A DNA stretch of 64,000 nucleotides from Candidatus Aenigmatarchaeota archaeon (GCA_042584825.1 JBHOSK010000001.1:1777-65776), one strand, 5' to 3'; positions 41,623 through 51,844 are shown, numbered from the stretch's first letter. Notes: generated by a model not told the origin, from the sequence alone. A program made the numbers and translations.

Positions 41623-42450
41623 ATGAAAAAGCTACTTTTTGGTACAGCTGGTATTCCTATATCTACTTCAGGTGACACCGTACAAGGGATTCATGACGTA
41701 AAAAAGCTGGGTCTCGACAATATGGAGCTAGAGTTTGTGCGCTCTATAAACATAACAAAAGAGCGTGCACCACTTGTAAGCGAAGCCGCAAAGAAAAATA
41801 ACGTTGTATTGACTTGTCATGCACCCTATTACGTTAATCTAAATTCACACGAGAAGCAAAAATATCATGCAAGTATTAATCGTATTCTTTCTTCCGCGCG
41901 CATCGCACACCTTTGCGGAGGATATAGTGTATGTTTTCATGCAGGATATTACATGGGTGACCCCGGAAGTAATGTTCTGAAAAAAATAACAAAAGCAATA
42001 AAAAATATTGTTTCTGTTCTTCAGGACGAATCAATTTCTTTATGGATAAGACCAGAAATATCTGGCAAACCAAGTGCTTTTGGTTCTGAAGAGGAATTAA
42101 TTAAAATAAGTGAAGACGTTGAACAAGTTTTACCTTGCATTGATTTTGCTCATTTACATGCAAGAACAAATGGAAAAAACAACACCTATGAAGAATTTTC
42201 TTCTATTTTAGCACAGATCGAACGACGTTTAGGGAGATCTGCATTGAATAATATGCATATTCACGTTTCTGGTATTGAATATGGGGAAAAAGGTGAGCGT
42301 AAGCATCTTACATTAAAAGAAAGTGATATGAATTACAAAGATTTAATGAAAGCATTTTATGCTTTTAAACTAAAAGGTGTAGTCATAAGCGAAAGCCCTA
42401 ACATAGAGAAAGACGCTTTACTAATGAAAAGAACATACGAGAAGATTTAG
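41623..42450 (+). CDS. nfo: Endonuclease IV (AP endonuclease 2 family)
   Basis: HAPYYVNL, FHAG, PE..GK, DFAHLHAR. Confidence 0.92.
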   Translation: MKKLLFGTAGIPISTSGDTVQGIHDVKKLGLDNMELEFVRSINITKERAPLVSEAAKKNNVVLTCHAPYYVNLNSHEKQKYHASINRILSSARIAHLCGGYSVCFHAGYYMGDPGSNVLKKITKAIKNIVSVLQDESISLWIRPEISGKPSAFGSEEELIKISEDVEQVLPCIDFAHLHARTNGKNNTYEEFSSILAQIERRLGRSALNNMHIHVSGIEYGEKGERKHLTLKESDMNYKDLMKAFYAFKLKGVVISESPNIEKDALLMKRTYEKI

Positions 42451-42451
42451 T

Positions 42452-42874
42452 ATGACAATAAAATATTTAGAAGACATTGCAATCGCAGATATAGCCTTCG
42501 AAGTAATTAGTGACACAGTCAACAGTTTATTTGAAGAATGTGCTCATGCAGTGTTGGAACAACACGCCGACTTGTCTAAAATCGAAGAAAAAACAAAGAA
42601 AACCATTAATGTAGAAGAAGATGATATAAAACAGCTCCTCTACGACTTTCTTTCTGAGATAATTTACCTGATTGATACAGAATCGATGATATTTAAACGG
42701 GCAGAAGTTTCTATTTCTGAAGACAATAAGAAATTAACCGCCAGTCTTTTTGGTGAAAAAATAGATCGTGATCGCCATGAGCTTAAGGCTGAAATAAAGG
42801 CAATAACGATGCACATGTTTAATGTCGAAAAACGGCAAGACAAATGGTACGCCCATGTTATCGTGGACGTATAA
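42452..42874 (+). CDS. Archease
   Basis: ADIAF, EIKAITMH, IVDV C-terminus. Confidence 0.92.
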   Translation: MTIKYLEDIAIADIAFEVISDTVNSLFEECAHAVLEQHADLSKIEEKTKKTINVEEDDIKQLLYDFLSEIIYLIDTESMIFKRAEVSISEDNKKLTASLFGEKIDRDRHELKAEIKAITMHMFNVEKRQDKWYAHVIVDV

Positions 42875-42918
42875 AAAAAATCTTTAAATACTCTTTTGTA
42901 TAAGCATCTTATCCCGAG

Positions 42919-43644
42919 ATGATTCGTATGGATAGAGAAAAAAGAATTATAAACACACCACGATTGGCTTTAGTTAATAGAGCAGAATCGACATATGAAA
43001 TGTTACCAAGAATAGTAGCATGTGGACACGCTCCAGCAGACCTCTATACTCAAGCACCAACAATAAGAGAGCTACATAACGCATATTTCGGCAGGGATGG
43101 AGAAGGATGGGAATCTATTGAATATAGACAAGCAGTTCATTCAGAACATGGCTATGGCGAGTGTACTTCAACATTTTTGTTATTTTTACCAGATGGTAGA
43201 GCAGGAGTCATAGAAAGACCAACAGAGCTTTCTCGTCATGGTAAAAAACGGAAACAATATGATAGAAAATGGAAATTAAGACTGTTAACAGAAGCACCGG
43301 TAATAGATATACCAGACGATGGTTTTGTTCTCGAATATAATGGTTATGGTTTACCAGCCAGAACATGTACAAGTAGAAGAGAAGCTAAACAAGCGTTCGG
43401 AGACGACACATCATATTTCTTTGCAAATAATAAATATGGATTGAGAGCAGTAACACGTTCTTTTCCAACTAATAGAAATTTTGGACCATTTTTTATAGAT
43501 GCTACACACGATCCAGCACACAAAAATCAACTCATTGGTGTTCGTCCTATTGTCAGATCAGAACATTTAGTTGATGTAACGTTTAGAGAAGCAGAAATAC
43601 TTATGCGCGAATTTGATGATTGGAAAAGAAAGGAAGCAGCATAA
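42919..43644 (+). CDS. Hypothetical protein with C-type-lectin-like C-terminus
   Basis: 241 aa ORF; LRAVTR...GPFFIDA..DP......IGVRP. Confidence 0.65.
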   Translation: MIRMDREKRIINTPRLALVNRAESTYEMLPRIVACGHAPADLYTQAPTIRELHNAYFGRDGEGWESIEYRQAVHSEHGYGECTSTFLLFLPDGRAGVIERPTELSRHGKKRKQYDRKWKLRLLTEAPVIDIPDDGFVLEYNGYGLPARTCTSRREAKQAFGDDTSYFFANNKYGLRAVTRSFPTNRNFGPFFIDATHDPAHKNQLIGVRPIVRSEHLVDVTFREAEILMREFDDWKRKEAA

Positions 43645-43682
43645 GCATAAAAAGTCTTTGATCAAATTCTATTTTGATAAAT

Positions 43683-45131
43683 ATGCCACCAAAAGAATTG
43701 AAAAAAATAAATGAAAATGTCTGGGAACTTCCAACTAGTTTTAAGAAGGGTATGAATGTTCCTGCAAGAATATATGCAAATGATAAACTGGTAAAAGACA
43801 TGGATGACGGTGTTTTTAATCAAATAACAAACGTTGCATGTTTACCAGGCATCCAGAAATATGCATACTGCATGCCCGATGGCCACTGGGGATACGGTTT
43901 TCCTATCGGAGGCGTTGGTGCATTTGATTTAGATTCTGGAGTAATAAGTCCTGGAGGAATTGGTTTTGATATAAACTGCGGCATGAGATTAGTTACAACC
44001 AATCTGACACTAAAAGACGTAAAACCAAAACTAAAACAACTCGTTGATGAATTTTTCAATACAGTACCATCAGGTATTGGTGGAAAAGGTTTTGTTAAAG
44101 TTAATAAATCTCAATTTGATGACATAATGGTTGATGGATCGAAGTGGTGCGTTGAAAATGGATATGGTGTTCCTAACGATTTCAAACACACCGAGGATGA
44201 AGGATCAATAAAAGGTGCAGATCCATCAAAAGTTTCTGAAAAAGCAGTAAAAAGAGGAATTGCTCAAATAGGGACACTGGGTTCTGGCAACCATTACCTT
44301 GAAGTGCAAGTTGCTGAAGATGTAAATATTTTCAATAAAGAAACAGCAAACGCATTTGGTATAGATAAACCAGATCAAATAGTTTTAATGGTTCATTGTG
44401 GTTCACGTGGATTTGGGCATCAAATAGCAACAGAATATTTGAAAACGTTCATAGATGCTATGCCTAAACACAAGTTAAAATTAATGGAAAAAGAACTTGC
44501 TTGCGCTCCTTTTTCGAGTAAAGAAGGACAGGACTATTACAAAGCAATGGCGTGTGCAGCTAACATGGCTTTTGCAAACCGTCAGGTTATAATGCATCGT
44601 ATTAGAGAAGGATTTTCAAAAATATTCAACAAAAAAGATTTAGAACTAAATCTTGTTTATGATGTTGCACACAACATCGCAAAAATAGAAGAACATAATG
44701 TTGATGGAAAGAAAAAGAAAGTTCTTGTTCATAGAAAAGGTTCTACTCGTTCATTCGGACCAGGTCAAAAAGAATTACCAGAAAAATATAGAAAAACAGG
44801 ACAACCCGTGATTATCGGCGGTTCAATGGAAACAGGTTCTTATCTACTTGCTGGAACAGAAAATGCAATGGATGAAACATTCGGTTCTACAGCTCACGGT
44901 TCAGGTAGAACAATGAGCCGAGCTAAAGCAAGACATATAGTACGTGGTGATAAGTTACAACAACAAATGATGGCAAAAGGAATTTACGTTCGTACATCAT
45001 CAATGTCAGGACTTGCTGAAGAAGCGGGTATTGCCTACAAAAATATTTCAGATGTTATAAGTGCTGTTCACAACGCAGGTATATCAGAGCGCATTGTTGG
45101 GCTTCGCCCAATAGGAAACATAAAGGGATAA
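43683..45131 (+). CDS. rtcB: tRNA-splicing ligase RtcB
   Basis: MPDGHWGYG, DINCG, GSGNHY, HCGSRG, HRKG, AHGSGR. Confidence 0.97.
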   Translation: MPPKELKKINENVWELPTSFKKGMNVPARIYANDKLVKDMDDGVFNQITNVACLPGIQKYAYCMPDGHWGYGFPIGGVGAFDLDSGVISPGGIGFDINCGMRLVTTNLTLKDVKPKLKQLVDEFFNTVPSGIGGKGFVKVNKSQFDDIMVDGSKWCVENGYGVPNDFKHTEDEGSIKGADPSKVSEKAVKRGIAQIGTLGSGNHYLEVQVAEDVNIFNKETANAFGIDKPDQIVLMVHCGSRGFGHQIATEYLKTFIDAMPKHKLKLMEKELACAPFSSKEGQDYYKAMACAANMAFANRQVIMHRIREGFSKIFNKKDLELNLVYDVAHNIAKIEEHNVDGKKKKVLVHRKGSTRSFGPGQKELPEKYRKTGQPVIIGGSMETGSYLLAGTENAMDETFGSTAHGSGRTMSRAKARHIVRGDKLQQQMMAKGIYVRTSSMSGLAEEAGIAYKNISDVISAVHNAGISERIVGLRPIGNIKG

Positions 45132-45133
45132 AA

Positions 45134-45574
45134 ATGGAAATTCGTGCTGCGGTCGAAGACGATTTTAATGCTATTTTAGAATTAATTAAACAACTAACAT
45201 CAAAACCAGAAAAATATAACGATGCTTCACCTTACAGAGAAGCTTTTTTAACAGCACTAAAAAAAGAAGGTACTCACGTTTTTGTTCTTATAGAAGATGA
45301 TAAAGTCATTGGCCACATTAATTTATCACTTTACTGGGATACATGGCATTTAGGAAATGCTGTTTTTGTAGACGCACTAATAATAGACAAAAACCATCGC
45401 GGCAAAGGACATGGAACAAAACTAATAACATTTACAGAAAAGTTTGCAAAAGAAAACAATGCAAAAATGATTTATCTCTATACAGAAGATTTCAGAAAAG
45501 TCGCAAAATCTATATATGAAAAAGCAGGCTTCAAAGAATATGATAAAATTTTCTATTTTAAGAAGGTAGAATAA
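45134..45574 (+). CDS. GNAT N-acetyltransferase
   Basis: HRGKGHG motif A, YEKAGF. Confidence 0.9.
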   Translation: MEIRAAVEDDFNAILELIKQLTSKPEKYNDASPYREAFLTALKKEGTHVFVLIEDDKVIGHINLSLYWDTWHLGNAVFVDALIIDKNHRGKGHGTKLITFTEKFAKENNAKMIYLYTEDFRKVAKSIYEKAGFKEYDKIFYFKKVE

Positions 45575-45575
45575 T

Positions 45576-45782
45576 TTACCAAGCATCTTTACCATATATT
45601 AGTTCTCTTGCTGTAGGAAGATCACGACCCTCAACAATACCACTATAATTACCTGCAGCGCACATCCATGTATTATGCACATCAAGCACACCATCACAAA
45701 TCACAGTAGCATAAACTCCATCAATTTGTGGTCTTACACCACTCTGACTTATTACATGTCGTTCAAAATCTCCGTTACTCAT
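45576..45782 (-). CDS. Small hypothetical protein
   Basis: ORF filling the gap downstream of the galT-like gene. Confidence 0.5.
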   Translation of the reverse strand: MSNGDFERHVISQSGVRPQIDGVYATVICDGVLDVHNTWMCAAGNYSGIVEGRDLPTARELIYGKDAW

Positions 45783-45824
45783 AATTATCACAGCTTCTTT
45801 CTATAAACAGAAATGCTTAAAAGA

Positions 45825-47002
45825 CTATCTTCTAGCCAAGAATTCGTCAAACTCTCGTTTTAATCTATCATCTGAACCACCACTATCAAAAACACGATCT
45901 CTGCTAGGATGATCACCTTCGTACCATCTTCTTAATTGTCTTGTAGATGTTTCAGGAAATTCTCCTAAAACATCTATACCAAAACCAACTTCAGCTCCAG
46001 CATCTTTAACAAGTGAACCAGAGCCACGCCCATGACTAACATCTTTGGATGGTCTCGGATAAACGTGCATATGTGTTCTATAATAACGTCTTGAACCATC
46101 CATTTCACCAAAAGGAGCATGATGCCAAGCTGTATTAAGATTTGGTTGTCCACGATAAAAATATGTTGCATTTATTGCACCAAGAGCAGGAACAATAACA
46201 CGTTCTCTAGCATCATGATCCATTTGAAGTACGTGAGAAAAGTCAGCACGTGGAATAACAACAAACTGACCTTCAAACTTTGGACAAAATTCAGAAAGAA
46301 TAACAACATCCCCATTTTCGAAAATAACACGTCTCCCATCCTCTATTTCATGTTTTATTATATCATCAAACATGTTTCTTCCCGTATCTAAAAAATATCT
46401 ACGACTTCTTTCTGCTTCAGCCAAGTGTACAGGAGCATCTGTGAATGTTTGTACAGATCTTTGTGAATGTGGATGTTGTAAAGAAGCACCCGCCCAAGGA
46501 CCCCAATTAGTAAAATCAAGAAAATTCACAACAGTTGGATCAGATTCATGCATTCTATAAAAAAGTTTAGCAAGTTCATATTGTGTGTGTACCATATTCC
46601 TTAAATCATCAAAAGCAAATTGTGATAACAGTTTTTTATGACCTTGTCCGTTTCTTTCAGGATCAAATGGTGGATATATCGTAACCCATTGTGAAGGACC
46701 CCAACCAAAAAGATTCCTAACAGTAACAGAACCATTATCATGAATTATTTTTCTATATTCAGCATCATCGGTGTTTCGCTTTCATAATTACAAAAACGAC
46801 AAGAATCTACAGGTGTTATATCCAGATCTATATTGACACCGGGCTGTCTTTTTGCACGTAAAGTTGAAATAGCACATTGATTATGGTATCCTGTAAAGGG
46901 GCTTAATCTAATTACATAGCCAGTATCTTGTGGGCTACCCGCCAAAGTCATTGGGTATCCCTGACCTTCGAATTCAACAAATAAATCTGATGGTTGTGTC
47001 AT
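45825..47002 (-). pseudogene. galT: Galactose-1-phosphate uridylyltransferase-like gene split by one -1 frameshift near 46745-46781
   Basis: 5' ORF has RAKR..CRFC..ETP; the -1 frame is open from about 46781 into the ORF with GASLQHPHSQ. Confidence 0.8.
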
Positions 47003-47078
47003 ATAAAACAAATATTAAAATATCAAACCTTTTATTCATATGCAACGACGATCGGTTATATTATAGGTTATATATAAT

Positions 47079-47162
47079 GCGGGGGTGTCCGAGCGGCCAA
47101 AGGAGCAAGGTTGAGGGCCTTGTGGGTTAGTCCCTACGCGAGTTCGAACCTCGTCTCCCGCA
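47079..47162 (+). tRNA. tRNA-Leu(GAG)
   Basis: Cloverleaf, CAAGG-TTGAGGG-CCTTG, long variable arm. Confidence 0.95.
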
Positions 47163-47206
47163 AATTCCCCTAATTTTTCATCATGTTTTATATACACAAA
47201 GTTTAA

Positions 47207-47407
47207 ATGAAATGCATGAATAAGAAAGCACTTTCCTATACAATTGAACTTCTTGGATTTGTTTTACTGATTCTTCCACCATTTCAAACATACAGAATGA
47301 TATCATGGGAAGTAATTCCAAATCATTATCTGCTATATGTTTCCACAGCAATAATGATGATTATTGGTATAGTTCTATTATTTTTATCAAGAAAGATGAG
47401 AAAATAA
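47207..47407 (+). CDS. Small membrane protein (2 TM)
   Basis: Two hydrophobic helices, TATA-like box upstream. Confidence 0.6.
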   Translation: MKCMNKKALSYTIELLGFVLLILPPFQTYRMISWEVIPNHYLLYVSTAIMMIIGIVLLFLSRKMRK

Positions 47408-47412
47408 AAAAA

Positions 47413-47742
47413 TTATGCACCAGGCCTTCTGTTTGATTCGTATTCAGGTCCTTCTACACACAGTCCTGCTCTACATTCAAGATAATCATTACAATAATCA
47501 TATCCAGTTAGCATACCAAAAGCATCCCTGCCGAAATACTGACAACAAGCTTCTCCTTCATAACCACAAGCTTCTCCTCTCTGTGAATCATAGTATTCTT
47601 CATTACCAGAGTTTGGATCTATGTATTCAAAGTTATCAGGATCATCGTAATAATCTCTTGCAGTAGTTCTGCCTGTTTCTGTACAGCCACTTGCGAAAAC
47701 GACCAACACCACAAGTAAAACTAATAAAATTTTTTTATTCAT
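47413..47742 (-). CDS. Lipoprotein with disulfide-rich C-terminal domain
   Basis: Signal peptide with ASGC lipobox; CG..G..CC...C....C...LC. Confidence 0.78.
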   Translation of the reverse strand: MNKKILLVLLVVLVVFASGCTETGRTTARDYYDDPDNFEYIDPNSGNEEYYDSQRGEACGYEGEACCQYFGRDAFGMLTGYDYCNDYLECRAGLCVEGPEYESNRRPGA

Positions 47743-47795
47743 GTATACAATTCATTACACATTATTTTAAAAACTTATTTTTTGAATCTAATACC

Positions 47796-48065
47796 ATGAA
47801 ACGTGCTCACATGATTGTAAAGGGAAGTGTACAAGGCGTTTCTTTCCGTTCATTTACTCATTCTGTAGCAAATAATCTTAGTATAAATGGTTGGGTTAAA
47901 AATCTTCCACAGGGTGCGGTTGAGATAATCGCCGAAGGTGACGATGATAAAATTGAAAAATTTATTTCAGAAATAAAACAAGGACCATCCGCTTCGCAGG
48001 TTGATGACGTAATAATTGAATGGGAAGATCCAAAAGGCGATAAAGAATTCAAAATATTAATTTAG
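47796..48065 (+). CDS. acyP: Acylphosphatase
   Basis: GSVQGVSFR, GWVKN. Confidence 0.93.
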   Translation: MKRAHMIVKGSVQGVSFRSFTHSVANNLSINGWVKNLPQGAVEIIAEGDDDKIEKFISEIKQGPSASQVDDVIIEWEDPKGDKEFKILI

Positions 48066-49138
48066 ATAATACCCAATTCTATTGCTTCAATTAACGCAAA
48101 AAGCGCATGCTGATTTCTATCAACCCTAACTGTTCCATCTGTACCAACAAAACCACCTATTGCTTCTTTGGTCCCTTCTGTTATTTGTAAAAGAATAGTA
48201 GCATCCAGACCTTCAATAATAAAATTTTTATAACATTTCTTTCTTTCATTATCACCAGTTATTTCTGCAAGTTCGTAAGCTTGAATAACACCTTCAAGAT
48301 AAACGCCAGTTACAACACCTCTTGAAAAATCATATTTTTCACACAACCCTTCAGGATGGTGTTGTTGTAACATCCAATCATTCATTTCAAATACAAAATC
48401 AGATACCTCTTGGTCTTCTGTAACTTTGTATAATTTATTATACGCTCTAGATTGCCAAGGAACAAACGCCGTGTTCTTGTTACCACGCCAATAATCACGA
48501 TAATGAGGAAACGCTTTTTGTGTTACTTCTAAATATTTTTCATCTCCATTATACTCATACAATGACATTATTGCAAAAAGAGCTTCACCAGGATAGTAAT
48601 CCTGTCCTGTTGACTTATTTGAAAAGAAGTATGTACCTAATGATCCATCATCATTTTGTAAATAAACTATACCGTTTGCAAAACCATTCAAATACGTTTC
48701 TTTTCTTGGATGTTCCATCTCAAGCAACGCCAATATAATAAAAGCCGAATAACCCAACTTTACATTACCTGGTGTGATGTCAAGATAGTAATAATCATAT
48801 TCTGAGTTGTATCCAAAATATTTTTCAAAATATTGAAATCCTTTTTCAGATAGTCTTGTTAATCTTTCATCACCAAGAAAATTTGCACTGTCTGCTATAG
48901 ACCACAAAGAAGCCGCTTCTCTTAATGGATGATGTTCAGCAGGATACAATTCATTTTGTGGATCATATCGATAATAAATAAAATTCTCATCTTGATTATT
49001 TAGAAACCATTCAGCACCAAGTATTATGGATTCTTCATATTTATCTTCTTTTTCATTTTCGTTTATCAAAACGAATGAAGTACCGAAAATTATTATCAAG
49101 ATAATAAGTATAATTTCCATTTTAATTAGTTTTTTCAT
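48062..49138 (-). CDS. Membrane-anchored alpha/alpha-toroid protein
   Basis: N-terminal TM, LQNDDGS, YYPGEALFA, RVDRNQHA. Confidence 0.7.
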   Translation of the reverse strand: MKKLIKMEIILIILIIIFGTSFVLINENEKEDKYEESIILGAEWFLNNQDENFIYYRYDPQNELYPAEHHPLREAASLWSIADSANFLGDERLTRLSEKGFQYFEKYFGYNSEYDYYYLDITPGNVKLGYSAFIILALLEMEHPRKETYLNGFANGIVYLQNDDGSLGTYFFSNKSTGQDYYPGEALFAIMSLYEYNGDEKYLEVTQKAFPHYRDYWRGNKNTAFVPWQSRAYNKLYKVTEDQEVSDFVFEMNDWMLQQHHPEGLCEKYDFSRGVVTGVYLEGVIQAYELAEITGDNERKKCYKNFIIEGLDATILLQITEGTKEAIGGFVGTDGTVRVDRNQHALFALIEAIELGII

Positions 49139-49340
49139 TATAAATCACACATTCGATACCTTTTTAAATATTAAACTTCTATTAATCTTGTTCTATGAGA
49201 CAAGTAATGATGATTCTTGTTTAGAACTGGATAATAAATTTTACTATGGCGGGTAAAAGTTAGATGTTTTATTCTAATCTATATCTGTCATTGTAAAGAC
49301 ACTACAACTCCTGGCTTTTTTCCGGTTGTAGTGAAAATAA

Positions 49341-49393
49341 TGAAGACGTGATAAAAATATTATGTCAGATTGAAGCATAGTTAGGTGAAAATT
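49341..49393 (+). other. 5' arm of the 16S processing stem with canonical BHB (pairs with 51232-51290)
   Basis: ATAGTTA-GGTG-aaa-ATT pairs with GAT-CACT-aaa-TAACTAT. Confidence 0.88.
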
Positions 49394-50060
49394 ATTAGAG
49401 CAGATCTAACTTTTTAGTGTTCCTTTTACCAATTCCGGTTGATCCCGCCGGAGACTACTGCTATCAGGATTCTGCTTAGCCATGCGAGGCAAATGTAGCA
49501 ATACATGCCGAACTGCTCAGTAACACGTAGTCAACCTACCCTAAAGCGGGGGATAACCACGGGAAACTGTGAATAATACCCCATAGATGATAATGGCTGG
49601 AACGCCTCTTCATCGAAAGCTTTTGCACTTTAGGATGGGACTGCGGCGGATTAGCCTGTTGTTAGGATAAAAGCCTAACAAAGCTATAATCCGTACGGGT
49701 CATGAAAGTGATAGCCCGGAGTTGTCTTCTGAGACATGAAGACAGGCCCCACGGGGCGCAGCAGGCGAGAAACCTACACAATGCGCGAAAGCGTGATGTG
49801 GGAATCCTGAGTGAATTCACTTTGTGGATTCTTTTTTCTACTGTAAACAGGTAGACGAATAAGTGGTGGGTAAGACGGTTGCCAGCCGCCGCGGTAATAA
49901 CCGCGCCACAAGTGGTAGTCACGTTTATTGGGCCTAAAGCATCCGTAGCCGGTTTGGTGTGTCTTCGGTGAAATCCTATAGTAAACTATAGGAATTGCTG
50001 GAGGTACTACCAGACTAGGAGTAGGGAAAGGTCAAGGGTACAGCTGGGGTAGGGGTTAAA

Positions 50061-50102
50061 TTTTGATGAGTTGTTTTATTTTACCAGCTCATCATTTAAC
50101 AT
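50061..50102 (+). other. 16S intron 1, 42 nt, BHB, after E. coli position about 696
   Basis: AGGG-GTTA-aat...TAAC-att-CCTT; removal restores GGGGTTAAATCC. Confidence 0.93.
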
Positions 50103-50700
50103 TCCTTTAATCCCAGTTGGACCACCAGTGGCGAAAGCGCTTGACTGGAACTACCTCGACGGTGAGGGATGAAAGCTAGGGGAGCGATCGGGATTAGATA
50201 CCCCGGTAGTCCTAGCTGTAAACGATGCCTACTTAGTGTTGCAGAACTTTCGGAGTTCTGCTGTGCTGTAGCGAAGGTGTTAAGTGGGCCGCCTGGGGAG
50301 TACGTCCGCAAGGATGAAACTTAAGGGAATTGGCGGGGGAGCACTACCAGGGGTGGATGCTGCGGTTCAATTGGATTCAACGCCAGGAACCCTACCCGGG
50401 AAGACAGCAGGATGAAGGTCACTCTGAAGGGGTTACCAGACAAGCTGAGAAGTGCTGCATGGCCGTCGTCAGTTCGTGTCGTGAGATGTCAGGTTAAGTC
50501 CTGAAACGAACAAGACCCGCGCCACTAGTTGCCACTATCTTCGGATAAGCACTCTAGTGGGACCGCTGGTGCTAAACCAGAGGAAGGAGCGGACTACGGC
50601 AGGTCAGTATGGCCTGAATTCCTGGGGTTACACGCGGCATACAATGCGCGGCACAATGGGATGCTACACCGAAAGGTGACGCCAATCTCCTAAAACCGCG

Positions 50701-50740
<40 letters not shown>

Positions 50741-50768
50741 CGGAATCCCTAGTAAGCGAAGGTCATCA

Positions 50769-50982
50769 TGTAAACGAGTGCCAGATGATTTGCTTGGCCA
50801 GCGAGAAAACTGATTAACGTACACCGTACAATCGTATAACAAACAATGATTAAGAGTATGGGCGGTAGTGATCAAGAAATTGATTGCTGAATTGGTTTGA
50901 CTCTGAGTTTGTGAACGATCATAGTACACAGTACTACAGTGTTTCTCGTATAAGCACTTATGATGTTCTCGTTTTCGTGGAA
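50769..50982 (+). other. 16S intron 2, 214 nt, BHB, in the helix 43 loop (about 1362)
   Basis: AGG-TCAT-cat...GTGG-aat-CTTT; removal restores GCGAAGG-TCATCAT-CTTTCGC. Confidence 0.9.
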
Positions 50983-50990
50983 TCTTTCGC

Positions 50991-51028
<38 letters not shown>

Positions 51029-51331
51029 GCCATCCGAGTGAAGTTTTGGTGAGGCTTGCGCTGAGCAAGTCGAACCGAGGTTTCGCAAGGAGGGCTAAGT
51101 CGTAACAAGGTAGCCGTACGGGAACGTGCGGCTGGATCACCTCCATTTTTTTATTCAATTTTTCTCATCGGAGTAAAAATTGAAAAATACGACACGTGTG
51201 CAATAAGCTAATTGACTTCCGTCAATTAGCGGATCACTAAATAACTATGCTTCAATGAAACTGACGTACTATTTTTTATTTTTCACGTCTTTTCTTTTCA
51301 TTTTTAAATAAACTAGACAAACTTAGGTATT

Positions 51332-51838
51332 ATGAGTAAACTCAAATCTTATCGTTCTCCTAAAGTAGAAGTTAAAGAAAGCCTTTTAGGAAATAAAGGT
51401 ATTTTCGCAAAAGAAGATATTAAGAAAGGGGAGATCGTTTTTATAAAAAATGGTCATATAGTGAATTTTGAAGAAGCAAAAAGATATAATGAAAATCTTG
51501 GAGATTTATACGCGCTTCAAATAAATGATGACTTTTTCTTAACACCAACCAACGAAGAAGAAGTTGAAAATACTGTAATATTTGTTAATCATTCATGCAA
51601 CCCAAATTTAGGTCCTGAAGGACAAATAACTTTTGTAGCTTTGAGAGACATAAAATCAGGAGAAGAGCTATGTTACGATTATTCAACATGTCATACTCAC
51701 GAATTCCAATTTGAATGCAGATGCGGTTCAAAAAGCTGTAGGAAAATGATTACAGGAAATGATTGGAAAATAAAAAAATTACAAGACAACTATGGAAACA
51801 ATTTTTCTAGTTACATAATTAGGAAAATTAAAAGTTAG
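51332..51838 (+). CDS. SET-domain protein-lysine methyltransferase with post-SET
   Basis: GIFA, NHSCNPN, GEELCYDY, CRCGSKSC. Confidence 0.93.
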   Translation: MSKLKSYRSPKVEVKESLLGNKGIFAKEDIKKGEIVFIKNGHIVNFEEAKRYNENLGDLYALQINDDFFLTPTNEEEVENTVIFVNHSCNPNLGPEGQITFVALRDIKSGEELCYDYSTCHTHEFQFECRCGSKSCRKMITGNDWKIKKLQDNYGNNFSSYIIRKIKS

Positions 51839-51844
51839 AACAAC

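Noticed and set aside
49191..49230. Perfect box C (ATGATGA) upstream of 16S as a C/D sRNA
   Set aside because: It lies in the loop of a leader hairpin with no convincing D box or guide.
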